Positions 1 to 11,627 of a stretch of 41,947 bases of DNA are shown piece by piece. Made by a program: the position numbers and the translations under genes. The number at the start of each line of letters is the position of its first letter. Position 1 is the first letter of the stretch. The notes below the pieces were generated by a model. That model made no database searches. It saw nothing but the letters and a program-made list of their open reading frames with translations, and was not told the DNA's origin. The stretch is taken from positions 1 to 41,947 of the forward strand of contig NW_021835181.1 in NCBI RefSeq assembly GCF_006345805.1, written 5' to 3'. Origin of the DNA: Octopus sinensis (taxonomy: Eukaryota).

Positions 1-43
1 CATTTGTTTTCGTATTTCATGTTGTTTACTGTTGGTGACGTCC

Positions 44-187
44 TGTCTACCAAATCCACTCACGAGCTTTAATCGAGCTGAGACACTTGTTATCTAGAAG
101 ACACTTGTTATCTAGGGTTCCACGCAGTGGGAGTGAACCCGGAACCATACGGTTGAGAAACAAACTTCTTACCACACAGCCATACCT
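44..187 (-). mobile_element. tRNA-like SINE family A, 5' fragment
   Basis: Reverse complement of the SINE head seen elsewhere in the window (ctaccaaatccactcac...cacgcagtgggagtgaacccggaacc...cttaccacacagcc). Contains a local duplication of agacacttgttatctag. Confidence 0.75.
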
Positions 188-260
188 GCTCCCGGAGATT
201 CTATTAAATTCTGAAAATAAATGTTTATTAAAAATAAACACCGACACTATAGGCACTCAG

Positions 261-315
<55 letters not shown>

Positions 316-578
316 TATATATATTATATAATATATATTATACACATTGGTTGGAACAGCCTGTACATGGGGTGGGCCAGAAATAACGAGGTCTAGCTTC
401 ATGTTGCGATCTGTGGGCAGAATATAGTGACTTCAGCTGTTGCAGAAACTGTAGCTTTATATTTTTGTGACTTGGACCACTCTGTGCACACAGGGTGGGC
501 CAAGTATCAACAATAATAATAATAACAAAAGAATGACACCTCGATATTATGTAAATACAAGAATATATATATATATTT

Positions 579-972
579 ACTAGCAGTATCACCCGGTGTT
601 GCTTGGGTTTGTTTCGACTCTTTAGAATTGGAATTTTTGAAAAGTAAAAATTTTGCATTATGCAATTTGTTATTCTCTTCAAGTGAACATTTTCCAGTTG
701 AATGAAAATACCGAAAAATTGTGACACAGCAGTCCAAAAATCGTAAAAAATAGGGATTTTCATCGAAAAAAAGCACCTTTTTGATGTAAATAATTTTTGT
801 TGTTAACATGGTCCGATTTGAATTTTATCTTCTACAGAATGAAGAGCAAGCCTTCTTCTCTCATACTCTCAATTTTGGTCAACTTGCGCTGCAGGGTCTC
901 GAAGGAGATAATGTTAGTTGAAGGCTACCAAACCTGCCACACACAGACAACTTCAACTTTATATATATAGAT
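579..972 (+). mobile_element. Non-autonomous Helitron/HINE-like element
   Basis: Starts actagcagtatcacccggtgttgcttggg (short hairpin) and ends cacacagacaacttcaactttatatatatagat. The same architecture recurs at 26335 and 33200. Family assignment is inferred. Confidence 0.5.
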
Positions 973-1096
973 TTGCTAGTAATGAAACTTGGTAGGTTCA
1001 AAAGTTAAACACACAGACACACACACAGATACACACGCAGATACACAAGTTGAGTTTTATATATATATAGATATAGTATAGGACAATCAGTAAGTT

Positions 1097-1290
1097 GTCA
1101 TAATAGAACTCGGAGTTTCAAATGCTAAGAGCTTCGAGGTTTTTTTTTATCTTTTATATTTTTTTCATGCCTATTAGAGTAACTTCCCTTTTATTCAATG
1201 GCTTTTTTCATGGCGTCTATCGTCAAAATAGCCGATGAAAATAGTTCGAAGCTCTTAGCTCCGGCATTTGAAACCGAGTTCTAGCATGAC
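1097..1290. mobile_element. MITE-like element with ~40-45 bp imperfect terminal inverted repeats
   Basis: gtcataatagaactcggagtttcaaatgctaagagcttcga (1097-1137) versus tcgaagctcttagctccggcatttgaaaccgagttctagcatgac (1246-1290). Confidence 0.6.
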
Positions 1291-1366
1291 GTCCTATACT
1301 AAATATATATATATATATATATACATATATGCACACACATACGCGCGTGCACGCGCACACACATAT

Positions 1367-1550
1367 GGGCGCAGGCGTGGATGTGTGGTTAAGAAGCTCG
1401 CTATGCAATCAAATGCTTTTGAGTTCAGTCCTACAGCGCAGCGCTTTGTGCAAGTGTCTCCCGGTTGACCCAAGGTTTGTGAGGTAATTTTTGTGTTGAT
1501 TCTGTTTACGTCCCCGTAACTTAGCGGATCAGCAAAAGAAAGCGATACTT
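1367..1550 (+). mobile_element. SINE family A, degenerate and internally deleted
   Basis: ggcgcaggcgtggatgtgtggttaagaagc...gagttcagtcc head, followed by the gtttacgtccccgtaacttagcgg body motif. Confidence 0.7.
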
Positions 1551-1989
1551 TCGGCAAGAGAACCGAAAGCACCAGACTAAAAACAGAATAAATAACGGAT
1601 AAAAAAGCAAACGCCTCTAAGTCCGGGACAGTGGCTTCCTAATAGGGGATCCCCGAGCAGATTCTTCAAAATTAGCGCCTTTTCAACAATTTTTTTTACT
1701 TGGTTTGTATTATGGTACCATTTTTTATGTGCTCGCTCCACCCCCTAACATTAGGACCCGGCAACGCCTCTGGTACTGGGGTTTATGTGTTCGGCTAAAC
1801 CCTCGTAATCAGTGCCCCAACAAGACCGCAGTCTCAGGATTGAAAAGAGTCGCCTATACGGCTAAGCCCTTTATAGGTGCAAAAACCAATGGTCGCCGAT
1901 TGACTGACCATAACAAATTAACTTCTATATCGCTCTCTCTCTCTCTCTCTCCTCTATATATATATATATATAATATATATTTATATATA

Positions 1990-2180
1990 TAAAGTTAATC
2001 CAAACATGAAAACACAAAGAGAAAAACACAACAACGCGAGGACGTGGAACAAATATAGTATTATTGGACGCTCAGGAAGGAAGGCAAGAAGGCGGGCTTA
2101 ACGTTTCGAGCGGAGCTCTTTGTCAGAAACATAGGAAAAGGAAAGATCCAGAGAAGGGAAGACGGAGGAAAAAATATACA
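1990..2180 (-). mobile_element. Penelope-type short terminal repeat beside (TA)n, with hammerhead-like core
   Basis: Minus strand reads CUGACAAA-GAGC-UCC-GCUC-GAAA-CGUU...AGCGUC. Its terminus is repeated in inverted orientation at about 4958-5014. Confidence 0.55.
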
Positions 2181-2580
2181 TGTATATTAAGCTCGCTCTC
2201 AACATAGCGTTTCCGATGTTTACTTGCTGTTTTCGTAAAATATTTTCAGAATATATTTCTGTCGGAAGAAACCTCATTATATTTTTTTAAAAGGTAATTT
2301 GTAATCTTAAACAAAGCCTGGTTAATAAAGTAGAAACGGCTGTAAATTAAGTTGTCATTTGTTTATCTAGAAATAATTAAATTCGATTGAATTTATCATT
2401 TATTGATTCAATTATTCAATTTATTATTTTGTTTCCACGAACATCCTCCACACACAGTTCAAAGACGTTTTCGTCTACACCAGAGTTCTTAACTAATTTT
2501 TTTTTATCTATGGACTCTTTTCATTACTATTTTATTCTATTGGACTACCATAGCCATTCAACATTTAAAAACTAGTTATG

Positions 2581-2957
2581 TACGTGGTCTAATCAATAAG
2601 TATCCGGACTGTTGTCACTGTAACGAAGCGAGAGCACGCAGAGTGAAATTGCTTGGACCTTGAACTCTGCTGTGCATATACACTAAGTTTTAATGTTCTA
2701 GCTCACTTTCGTCTTTTACAGCAGTACTTGGAAGGAAGGTGTGTAGCGTGTGATCGCCGCACTGACCATGACAAAGAAAGTTATCACGGCGATACCTGCT
2801 CAGAGGCCTACGCAAAGTTATAAATGGCGGAAGTGAGCTAGACCGTTAAAACATAGTGCGCATGCACAGCAGAGTTCAAGGTCAATCTGTGCCGAATGGC
2901 TTCACTCTGCTTAGTTACTGTGGCAACAGTCCGGATACTTACTGATCAGACCACGTA
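2581..2957. mobile_element. Mariner-derived MITE with TA termini and long TIRs
   Basis: tacgtggtctaatcaataagtatccggactgttgtcactgtaac versus gttactgtggcaacagtccggatacttactgatcagaccacgta. Internal sequence is shared with the mariner remnant at 30880-31200. Confidence 0.8.
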
Positions 2958-2989
2958 GATAATTCTTTCAAAATTCCTATTTTGCATAG

Positions 2990-3120
2990 GCATCTGAGCA
3001 GGTATCGCCGTGATAACTTTCTTTGTCATGGTCAGTGCGACGATCACACGCTACACACCTTCCTTCCAAGTACTGCTGTAAAAAGCGAAAGTAAGCTAGA
3101 CGTTAAAACTTAATGTACAT
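2990..3120 (-). mobile_element. Inverted partial copy of the adjacent mariner MITE interior
   Basis: tctgagcaggtatcgccgtgataactttctttgtcatggtcagtgcg...ttccaagtactgctgtaaaa is the reverse complement of about 2690-2805. Confidence 0.75.
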
Positions 3121-3454
3121 TAACTTGTGTAGGTTGAACTATGTAAAGCATTTGAGAAAGAAACCTAGCTGTTTCTTGCTATACATACAAATACATACAT
3201 TTAAAGCAAATTTTTTTCAGGGTATCTTCAAATACCATTGACAATGCCCATTTTACTATTTCACTATTTTTTTGCATTGTACCCGCAGAATCTTATATGA
3301 ACGCTCAGGGTCCATATGACCAGTTGAGAACCACTGGCCTACCTCTTCCACGAAGCTATTCTAGAAGACACAGTCCCATGATGTTACAGATTGGGCTGAG
3401 CCCTAAATACTGTGCGATGGGGAAGCGATCTTCATAACTTAATATTCAAAACTC

Positions 3455-3504
<50 letters not shown>
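3455..3504. repeat. (TAG)n microsatellite
   Basis: Perfect tagtagtag run, read directly. Confidence 0.95.
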
Positions 3505-4184
3505 ATTGCTTAGCCTAAGTCCAGTCCTGATTCAGTAGTCCTACGATCGAAGATGTTCCAGATGTGACCATCCTATCAATCAGTGATAGTGTGTCCAGGA
3601 CCTCTTGATCCAGCATATCTATGGTCAAAGATCTATTTCTTCAGACATAGTGTATCTTGGAGTACATTAATCGAATGAGCAGTATAGCAGATATTAGTGA
3701 CTGTAGTAGTTGTTTAGCCCCATGGTCAGTCTTGGCCGAGCAGACCTATCGTATGAACAATAGCATCTTTTATTCAGACCTAAGTGTATCTAGGACTACA
3801 TTATCAATTATGTACTTCCTTTTCCTTAAGACAGTAGGACGTAATTTAAAGATGAATTAATTGGCTGCTGTTGTTGTTTCTAGCAAATTAATCGACCACA
3901 TGGCGGTTGCCCTGTTGACTCTTTAAACGGTGTTCTGTGTGAATGTTGGTGGGGTGGTACCCGAAGAAGTGGTGCAGTGGTTGGGGTTGTATCAGGTCGT
4001 GAGAATATTTTGTAAGATAAACAAGTTTTGTTATTTTCTGTTATTGTGATGGTTGAGTCAATAGACGGGTATTTCTCGGGTGTTTTCGGCTTAACTGTGG
4101 GATACGTGTGTGTGTGTTGTGTGTGTGTGAGTGTGTGTTTCTATATTTATGTATACAGGCATATATATTTTATTCATATATTTA

Positions 4185-4296
4185 AAGATAGACACACATA
4201 TAAGTATTATACAAACAATATATGTATATATTTACACATATACATAAACACACACATACATATATACGTATATATGCTATACATATATATATATCC

Positions 4297-4348
<52 letters not shown>

Positions 4349-4438
4349 ATATATATATATATATATATATATATAGGATATATATATTATATATATATAT
4401 ATATATATATCTATATATATATATATATCATATATATA

Positions 4439-4496
<58 letters not shown>

Positions 4497-4524
4497 ATAT
4501 ACTATATATATATTATAATATATA

Positions 4525-4569
<45 letters not shown>

Positions 4570-4642
4570 TATATATATATATATATAGATATATACATAC
4601 AGACACATAAATATATATATATATAGATAGATAGATACACAC

Positions 4643-4680
<38 letters not shown>

Positions 4681-4795
4681 GATAGATAGATATAGACACA
4701 CACACACACACACATATATATAATATGTATTATAGATATTACACACACATATATATATATATGTATATATAGATAGTATATATATATATACACAC

Positions 4796-4848
<53 letters not shown>

Positions 4849-4849
4849 G

Positions 4850-4895
<46 letters not shown>

Positions 4896-4908
4896 GTATA
4901 TATGTATA

Positions 4909-4955
<47 letters not shown>

Positions 4956-5067
4956 CTATCCACGTCCTCGCGTTGTTTTGTTTTCTCTTTGTGTTTTCAT
5001 GTTTGGATTAACTTATATATATATTATATATATATATATATATATAATATACATACATACGTGTATG

Positions 5068-5098
<31 letters not shown>

Positions 5099-5207
5099 TA
5101 TACATACACATACGTGTATATATATATATATATATATACAACATAAGTGTATATATATATATTATATACACACACACATAAATATATATATACATACGTA
5201 TATATAC

Positions 5208-5247
<40 letters not shown>

Positions 5248-5889
5248 GACCACACCATATATATATATATACTCTAGATACATATAAGTACATACATAAT
5301 TAAACAAACATTTCAATAGACACACTGCCACATAGCTATATAAATATTACTAAAGGAATTCACATACGAGGATGTGTGTGTATTTCAACCCCCGTCCCTC
5401 ACCCCCCCCCCTCACCCCCACACACACACACACACATGCGTGTGTGTGTGTATCATAATAACTTTGAATCCTGCATCCTCAACGCTAGATTAATAAATAT
5501 AATAAATATATGTATATTTGCACATTCACTCATAAACGCGTATAAATATTTATATACACTCATTTATGTATGTGGTCATTCAATTAAGATCGTGTATATA
5601 TATATATACATATATATACATACACATATATATATGCATACATACATATACATACATATATATATACATACACACATATATAATATATACAGATACATAT
5701 ATAATATATATACATATATATATATCATATACATATACACATATATGATATATACACATACATATTTATATGCATATTATAATATATATATATATATATA
5801 TACATATATATACACACACATATATATATACATACTTATATAAATATATACACATACATATTTATATATATACATATACACACATATAC

Positions 5890-5921
<32 letters not shown>

Positions 5922-6140
5922 ATATATACACACATATATATACATATACATATATGTATGCATACATATATATGTATGTGTGTGTATGTATATATATGTA
6001 TGGATATATATGCATATATATATATATACATATGTACCCATCCGTATCTTTGTGCATATACTTCAGTTCACTCGTTAGCGAGTGTGTATACATTAGTCGC
6101 GTATACTATATACAAAGAATATATGGATACATACAACGAA
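4185..6140. repeat. Compound (TA)n/(CA)n microsatellite field
   Basis: About 2 kb of mostly alternating TA/CA/TG repeats with short unique interruptions. Confidence 0.95.
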
Positions 6141-6925
6141 TTAAATAAATATATAAAAACCCGCCATTAGCCACTACCTCACTCTCGGCTGAGGATTGAC
6201 GATTTAAACAGATACCCGTATAAAAAATTGTGTCAATATTTGGGTACATGAAATTCAGGGTGGACACTTCCAAAAATATATATACCAAGACTAAAAGTCT
6301 GCCAGTATAAATAAATACATGGTTGTTTATTTATTGCTAGATATTTCTCCGCCATCCCTGGATGGCTTCCATGACCTTACCCCAAACCCACCCGTCCGCA
6401 TCTCTTCACCTCACGACCCCTTTACAAATCTTGTTATAAATATAGTTTATATTCGTGAGTACATAGATATAGTTTTATTTTATATACTTCTTAAACAAAA
6501 ATATTGGTGATTGTGACTGCAATGTTTCGACCAATGCAGTCCATCGATGGCCTACCAGTCTGAACTTCAAAATCACTATCAGAACTATTCTTGAAAAAAT
6601 CATAAATTTGTTCTCTACAAAAGTATAGAATAAACAATCAAATTAATATAAAATTGCTTTTATTATAATTGAACATAAAAACTGACACACACACACAGAC
6701 ACACACACACACACACACCATACATATGAATATACAATGAATGAAGCAAGTAACAGATGCACTGTGGACGATCTGTTTGACTAAAACCCTTCAAGGTGGT
6801 GCCCCAGCATGGCCACAGTCTAATGATATGAACAAGTTAGAGGTAAAAGAAAAAGCCTAAACAAAATAGATATAAGAAACATGAGAGACTGTAAAGGGCG
6901 TAGTCCCCTGTTTTCTAGGATTCCC

Positions 6926-7060
6926 TTAAGTTGGTGTAGTAGATAAATATTTCGGGGCTCTTCTGAATGTATTGTCATCCATATTACGCTGGAGTGTTAC
7001 CGGATCCCGGCTGCGGCTGCCGATGCCTTTTGTGTTATCATCGTTGAAATGTAATTTTCG
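6926..7060 (-). CDS. Candidate terminal coding exon (RKLHFNDDNTKGIGSRSRDPVTLQRNMDDNTFRRAPKYLSTTPT*)
   Basis: Acceptor tcctcgtctttaccag|CGA, phase 0 matching the donor at 7811, unique non-repetitive sequence, TAA stop. No homology recognised. Confidence 0.4.
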   Translation of the reverse strand, partial: RKLHFNDDNTKGIGSRSRDPVTLQRNMDDNTFRRAPKYLSTTPT

Positions 7061-7164
7061 CTGGTAAAGACGAGGAAATTGAATACACAAGTCCATTAAC
7101 ATTATCAAAGACAAGGCTGTGTGGGTGTGTGTGGGTGTGAGAAAGAGAGAGAGGAGGGGGAAGA

Positions 7165-7195
<31 letters not shown>

Positions 7196-7355
7196 GGGGA
7201 AGAGTGTGTGTGTTGAGAGAAAGAGTGAGAGCGGGGGAGTGTGTGTTTGTGTCACTAACTCTCCTTATACAAATGTGTGTGATCATGTTTTCTTATGTAT
7301 GTAATTATATATGCATCTATATATGTACATATCCAGTTACATATATATACATACA

Positions 7356-7440
<85 letters not shown>

Positions 7441-7810
7441 ATATATATATATATATATGCACAGACACACCACATACACGTATACACACACACATATACA
7501 TACAGACCCCCCCCGCCACCAAACACACATACACATACATATACACACACATATATATGTATATATATATACACGCATATGTGTGTGTGTGCGACGCTAT
7601 CATCACCTCTGAGAGTCTGTCATAAGTAAGGAAAAGTACGCCACACACCTATGAATACGTATTTTCTGTACAAGCAGCCACAAAGACAGGCGCGTATATT
7701 ATGCATCTATGGTATTCACAGTCACGCATGCAAAGAAAACTGGTGTATAGTCTGAAATGACGGTGCCCTTACGACGCTGCAAGTGGCCAAGACAGCAATC
7801 AGTCACTCAC

Positions 7811-7927
7811 CTTTAAGAAACCACTGACCAGTCGACAAACAAGATGAAAGCCGTCTTGCTCAATGGATATGCCATGCTGGAGGATTGAACTCAGCTCCTC
7901 ACGGTTGTGAAGCCACCTCCTTACCCT
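7811..7927 (-). CDS. Candidate internal exon (RVRRWLHNREELSSILQHGISIEQDGFHLVCRLVSGFLK)
   Basis: Strong donor AAAG|gtgagt at 7811/7810 and only one open frame. The acceptor is uncertain (aatcag| at 7928, or an internal tcctccag|). Confidence 0.45.
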
Positions 7928-8204
7928 CTGATTTATGCTTGCGTCAATACACACACAAACACATACACAAACACACACACACACACACACACACATACTA
8001 ATACTAACTACTATACTACAAATTAGGTAGTGTAGTTCTAGATACAATGTGACTGATTAAATGACGGGTTGGTCACATCGGGAACGTCTTCGATCGCAGT
8101 ATATGTACCGCTCTGAGACAAAACAATCACAGTGGTGTCCCAGCTTGACTGTGGTCAAAAGACTGAAACAAGTATATGTGTGTGTGTGTGTGTGTGTGTG
8201 TTTA

Positions 8205-8354
8205 GACGCAATGCTTATACTTTTAGGTCTGGTACTTATTCTATCGGTCTCTGTTGTCGAACCGCTATGGTGACGTAAACAAAGCAACACAAGTTGTCAA
8301 ACGGTGAGGGAGGCCGAACGCAAACATAAGACAGGCACTTGTATCTGTGTGTGT

Positions 8355-8399
<45 letters not shown>

Positions 8400-8535
8400 G
8401 TGTGTGTGTGCCCCTGTGCCTGCACATATACGAAGGCTTCCACACAATTTTCGTCTACTAAATCCATTGGTCGGCTCGAGGCTACAGTAGAAGACACTTG
8501 TCTTCAATGCTGCGCAGTGGGATTGAACCTGAAAT
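8205..8535 (-). mobile_element. SINE family A with internal (CA/TG)n
   Basis: tggtacttattctatcggtctc...gaaccgcta...agaagacacttg...gcagtgggattgaacc motifs. Confidence 0.8.
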
Positions 8536-9484
8536 CATATATAGCAAAAAAAAAAAAAACCCTCCGTAACCACATGTCTATCTGTCTGTCTGTCTGTACA
8601 CACACGTGCCTATATGCACATACGATCATATAATATCGGTCGGTACGTAAGCATGTATATAAACAAATCTGTACGTAGTGTTGTACGAATGTAAATACAA
8701 ATATATACGTGTGTACACACACACACACACACTCATACACACACGCACACACACGGTTATCTACCTCCTGCACACATAACACACATAGATAAATACACAT
8801 ACAAACACACACGCTCATTTACATTGAACACGTGTACAGAAATACATTACATACGTACAAACACACACATACATATCTGCACCTCCCATCTGCTCACAAA
8901 CACATACACTCACATATAGCAGTGTACGTCCACACGTGCACACACATCAACCTTTCCTCCAGTATACATACCCTCCCTCCATACACGCCTCCTCCACCAT
9001 CAGGTTCTGCTAAGGCTCCGTTAAAATACTTTTGTTTAATGTACCGTGTTAAAAAGACACCCAACCACCGAACCCCACCCGTATCACACCCGGCCACCCT
9101 TTCCCCACCCACCGCCATAAAACATGGCCAACATATAGCTGACGGCTAGGTTACACAAACCAACAGGCTATCAAATCGTTTTCCATCACTTTATAGCGAA
9201 AATTACTAAAATTAAATGCGGTACCACTCCCGCCACCAATACTACCAACTTCACTACCATCGCCGCCACCGATACACGCTGCCGCCGCCGCCATCGACTT
9301 TGTATTAAGTGGCACAATTTCCCCTTTCTACCACTACCGACATCAACACCAACAACACCACCAACCTGCACCACAAAATATAATAAAAACCAAAGCAAAA
9401 TATCACTACAATAAACACCACCGCCCTTGTCCCCCCTCGTTTATGCCCCCTGTGGGCAATAAAAGCAATTATTATTATTATTAT

Positions 9485-9705
9485 TACGAGCTGGCAGAAT
9501 CGTTAGCACGCCGGGCGAAATGCTTAGCGGCATTTCGTCCGATCTTCCTTTCTGACTTCAGTTTCTGCCGAGGTGGACTTAGTCTATTACCCTTCGTGGT
9601 CGATAAATTAAATACCAGTGAAACACTGATCTCGATGTAATCGAATTGTTCCCTCCCCCAAAATTACAGACCTTGTGTCTTTTGTAGAAAGGATTATTAT
9701 TATTA
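9485..9705 (+). mobile_element. SINE family B with (ATT)n tail
   Basis: gagctggcagaatcgttagcacgccgggcgaaatgcttagcgg...gtagaaaggattattatt. Paralogs at 10989, 29010-29460 and 41400. Confidence 0.8.
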
Positions 9706-9711
9706 TAATAT

Positions 9712-10950
9712 ACTTACAACTGTTGGAATATAAAAATTCCTAACATCGGGCAACAAGTAACCTTAGATGCCAAGAACCCGTGTAAGTATCCTAGCTGTTC
9801 CTTAAAACACTATTTCCTGGAGCCGTACTAACGTGGGTTTTATCCTGTTCCCTCTATTCATCTGTTCAAGTCTTTCGGGATAGTTCCTAATGCACCTATA
9901 ACTACAGGGATGCATTTTACCAGCACTTTCCATAGTCTCTGTAATTCAATGGCTAGGTTCTGGAACTTTGCTATTTTTTCTATACCTCTCATATTCATTT
10001 TTTTCATCATTTGGGGCTATAAAGTCATTTATCTGGCACTTTCTATTCTCTTTATTTACTACTACTAAATCAGGCCTTCTGTCAGTCTGAATATTAAAGT
10101 CCCACAACATATATTTCTTACTTTTTAGTACTTTACGAGTTTTATGTTCATACCATTTATCAGTATGGTCAAATCTTAGCTTTCTACATAACTCCCAGTG
10201 CATTACTCTCCTTAGGTTGCCAGCTCTTTTTTTGTACTCATTCTACGCCAGCATACTACATTCACTTCTATATGAGTAACATTTTCCTCCTTTGATTTGG
10301 ATAACCTACATTGTGAATCTACTTGGTTTTTTGTCTACCTTGGCTTTTATCCAATTAGTCCTTAATCCTTGATCCTATGCTGCTACTTATAAACTTTCTG
10401 TCTCCCTTTTCAGCATTCCTTTCTGCAACCGTAACCATGTCTCATTACAACTATCTTTGGGAATCCACCATGCAAAGCATTCTGCTACCAATCAGATAGC
10501 TTTTGCTCTATTTTTCTGGTTATTAACTTCATTTAGCTTTTTCATTTCCCTATGCCTAGCTGTGATTCTAGCAACTCTTCATAAATTTTCTTTACTATTC
10601 CCTACATAGGAGGCTATATCTATCTTAGCTAACTCCACGTGGTTTTCTATTGATATTAACCCTCTTCCAGCTTCCTTTCTGTGTAAGTATAATCTTGCTA
10701 CTCCTGCTCTATGATGAAGTCCTCCATTCATATCGAATTCCCTTCAAGTTCTTCTGTCTAGCTTTGCTAATTCCGTTTTTTGTCCAGTCTACAAAAGCTG
10801 CTGAGTATCTAAGTAACGATACTACAACCAGTATGTTTACAGCCTTCTCTAGATTTGAACCATTTAGCTTTGACTTCATTAGTTTCCTCACCCTTCTGAT
10901 GTAATCTTTCTCAATTTTCGTTTTCAGTTCTATAGTTAGTACTCTGTCAG
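9712..10950 (-). mobile_element. 5'-truncated, decayed R4/Dong-like non-LTR retrotransposon (RT C-terminus plus restriction-like endonuclease)
   Basis: Minus-strand peptides KLNGSNLEKAVN...LLRYSAAFVDW, HWELCRK...WYEH...LWDFNIQTD-RRPDLVVVNK...CQINDFIAPND (PD-D motif), VVIGALGTIPK and GTARILTRVLGI*. Stops and frameshifts present. Confidence 0.85.
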
Positions 10951-10957
10951 ATTATTA

Positions 10958-10988
<31 letters not shown>

Positions 10989-11255
10989 GGCAACGAGCTG
11001 GCAGAAACGTTAGCATGTCGGGCGAAATGCGTAGCCGTATTTCGTCTGCCGTTACGTTCTGAGTTCAAATTCCGCTGAGGTCGACTTTGCCTTTCATCCT
11101 TTCGGGGTTGATAAATTAAGTACCAGTTACGCACTGGGGTCTATATAATGCGTAGCCGCATTTCGTCTGCCGTTACGTTCTGAGTTCAAATTCCGCCGAG
11201 GTTGACTTTGCCTTTCAACCTTTCGGCCTTGAGCCTTTAGTAGAAAGGATTAACA
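10989..11255 (+). mobile_element. SINE family B with ~80 bp internal duplication
   Basis: gcgtagccg(t/c)atttcgtctgccgttacgttctgagttcaaattccg...ctttgcctttca occurs twice (from about 11029 and 11150). Confidence 0.85.
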
Positions 11256-11590
11256 CCATTATTATTAGGGCGGTGAGCTGGCAGAATCGTTTGCCGGTCG
11301 TAACTAAGTAAATGTTAAACACATAAACAAGCAAGTTATAAGCTAAAAAATGTCTCGTTCATCAACTACCATAATGAAGAAGTCGTGTATATTGAAGAAG
11401 AAGAAAAAAAAAACGCCAAAGAAAGTGGAGCGGATATTCCATGGCAAGCAGGTTTAATCCATCCTGTTTTTTAAAGTTATCTTAATTAGTTTATCGCTCT
11501 GACCAATGAGCAGAAAGCTGACATAGTCACATAAGGATCATACCGAGGGAAGACGATTAGATAAGGTGTCAGATTTAGGGGTAGCTGGAG

Positions 11591-11627
<37 letters not shown>

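Noticed and set aside
4028-6170. Many long [12 protein letters not shown] ORFs here and throughout the window
   Set aside because: They are translations of (TA)n/(CA)n microsatellites, which lack stop codons in several frames. There is no coding signal.
8968-9010. Possible small exon (PDGGGGVYGGR) bridging the 15.7-kb and 7.9-kb exons in phase
   Set aside because: The donor (GG|gtatgt) is fair but the acceptor is poor and the sequence is low-complexity. The risk of overfitting is high.
9712-9720. Donor-like gtaagt (plus-strand acttac)
   Set aside because: It lies in the 3' end of the R4-like LINE, not at a host exon boundary.
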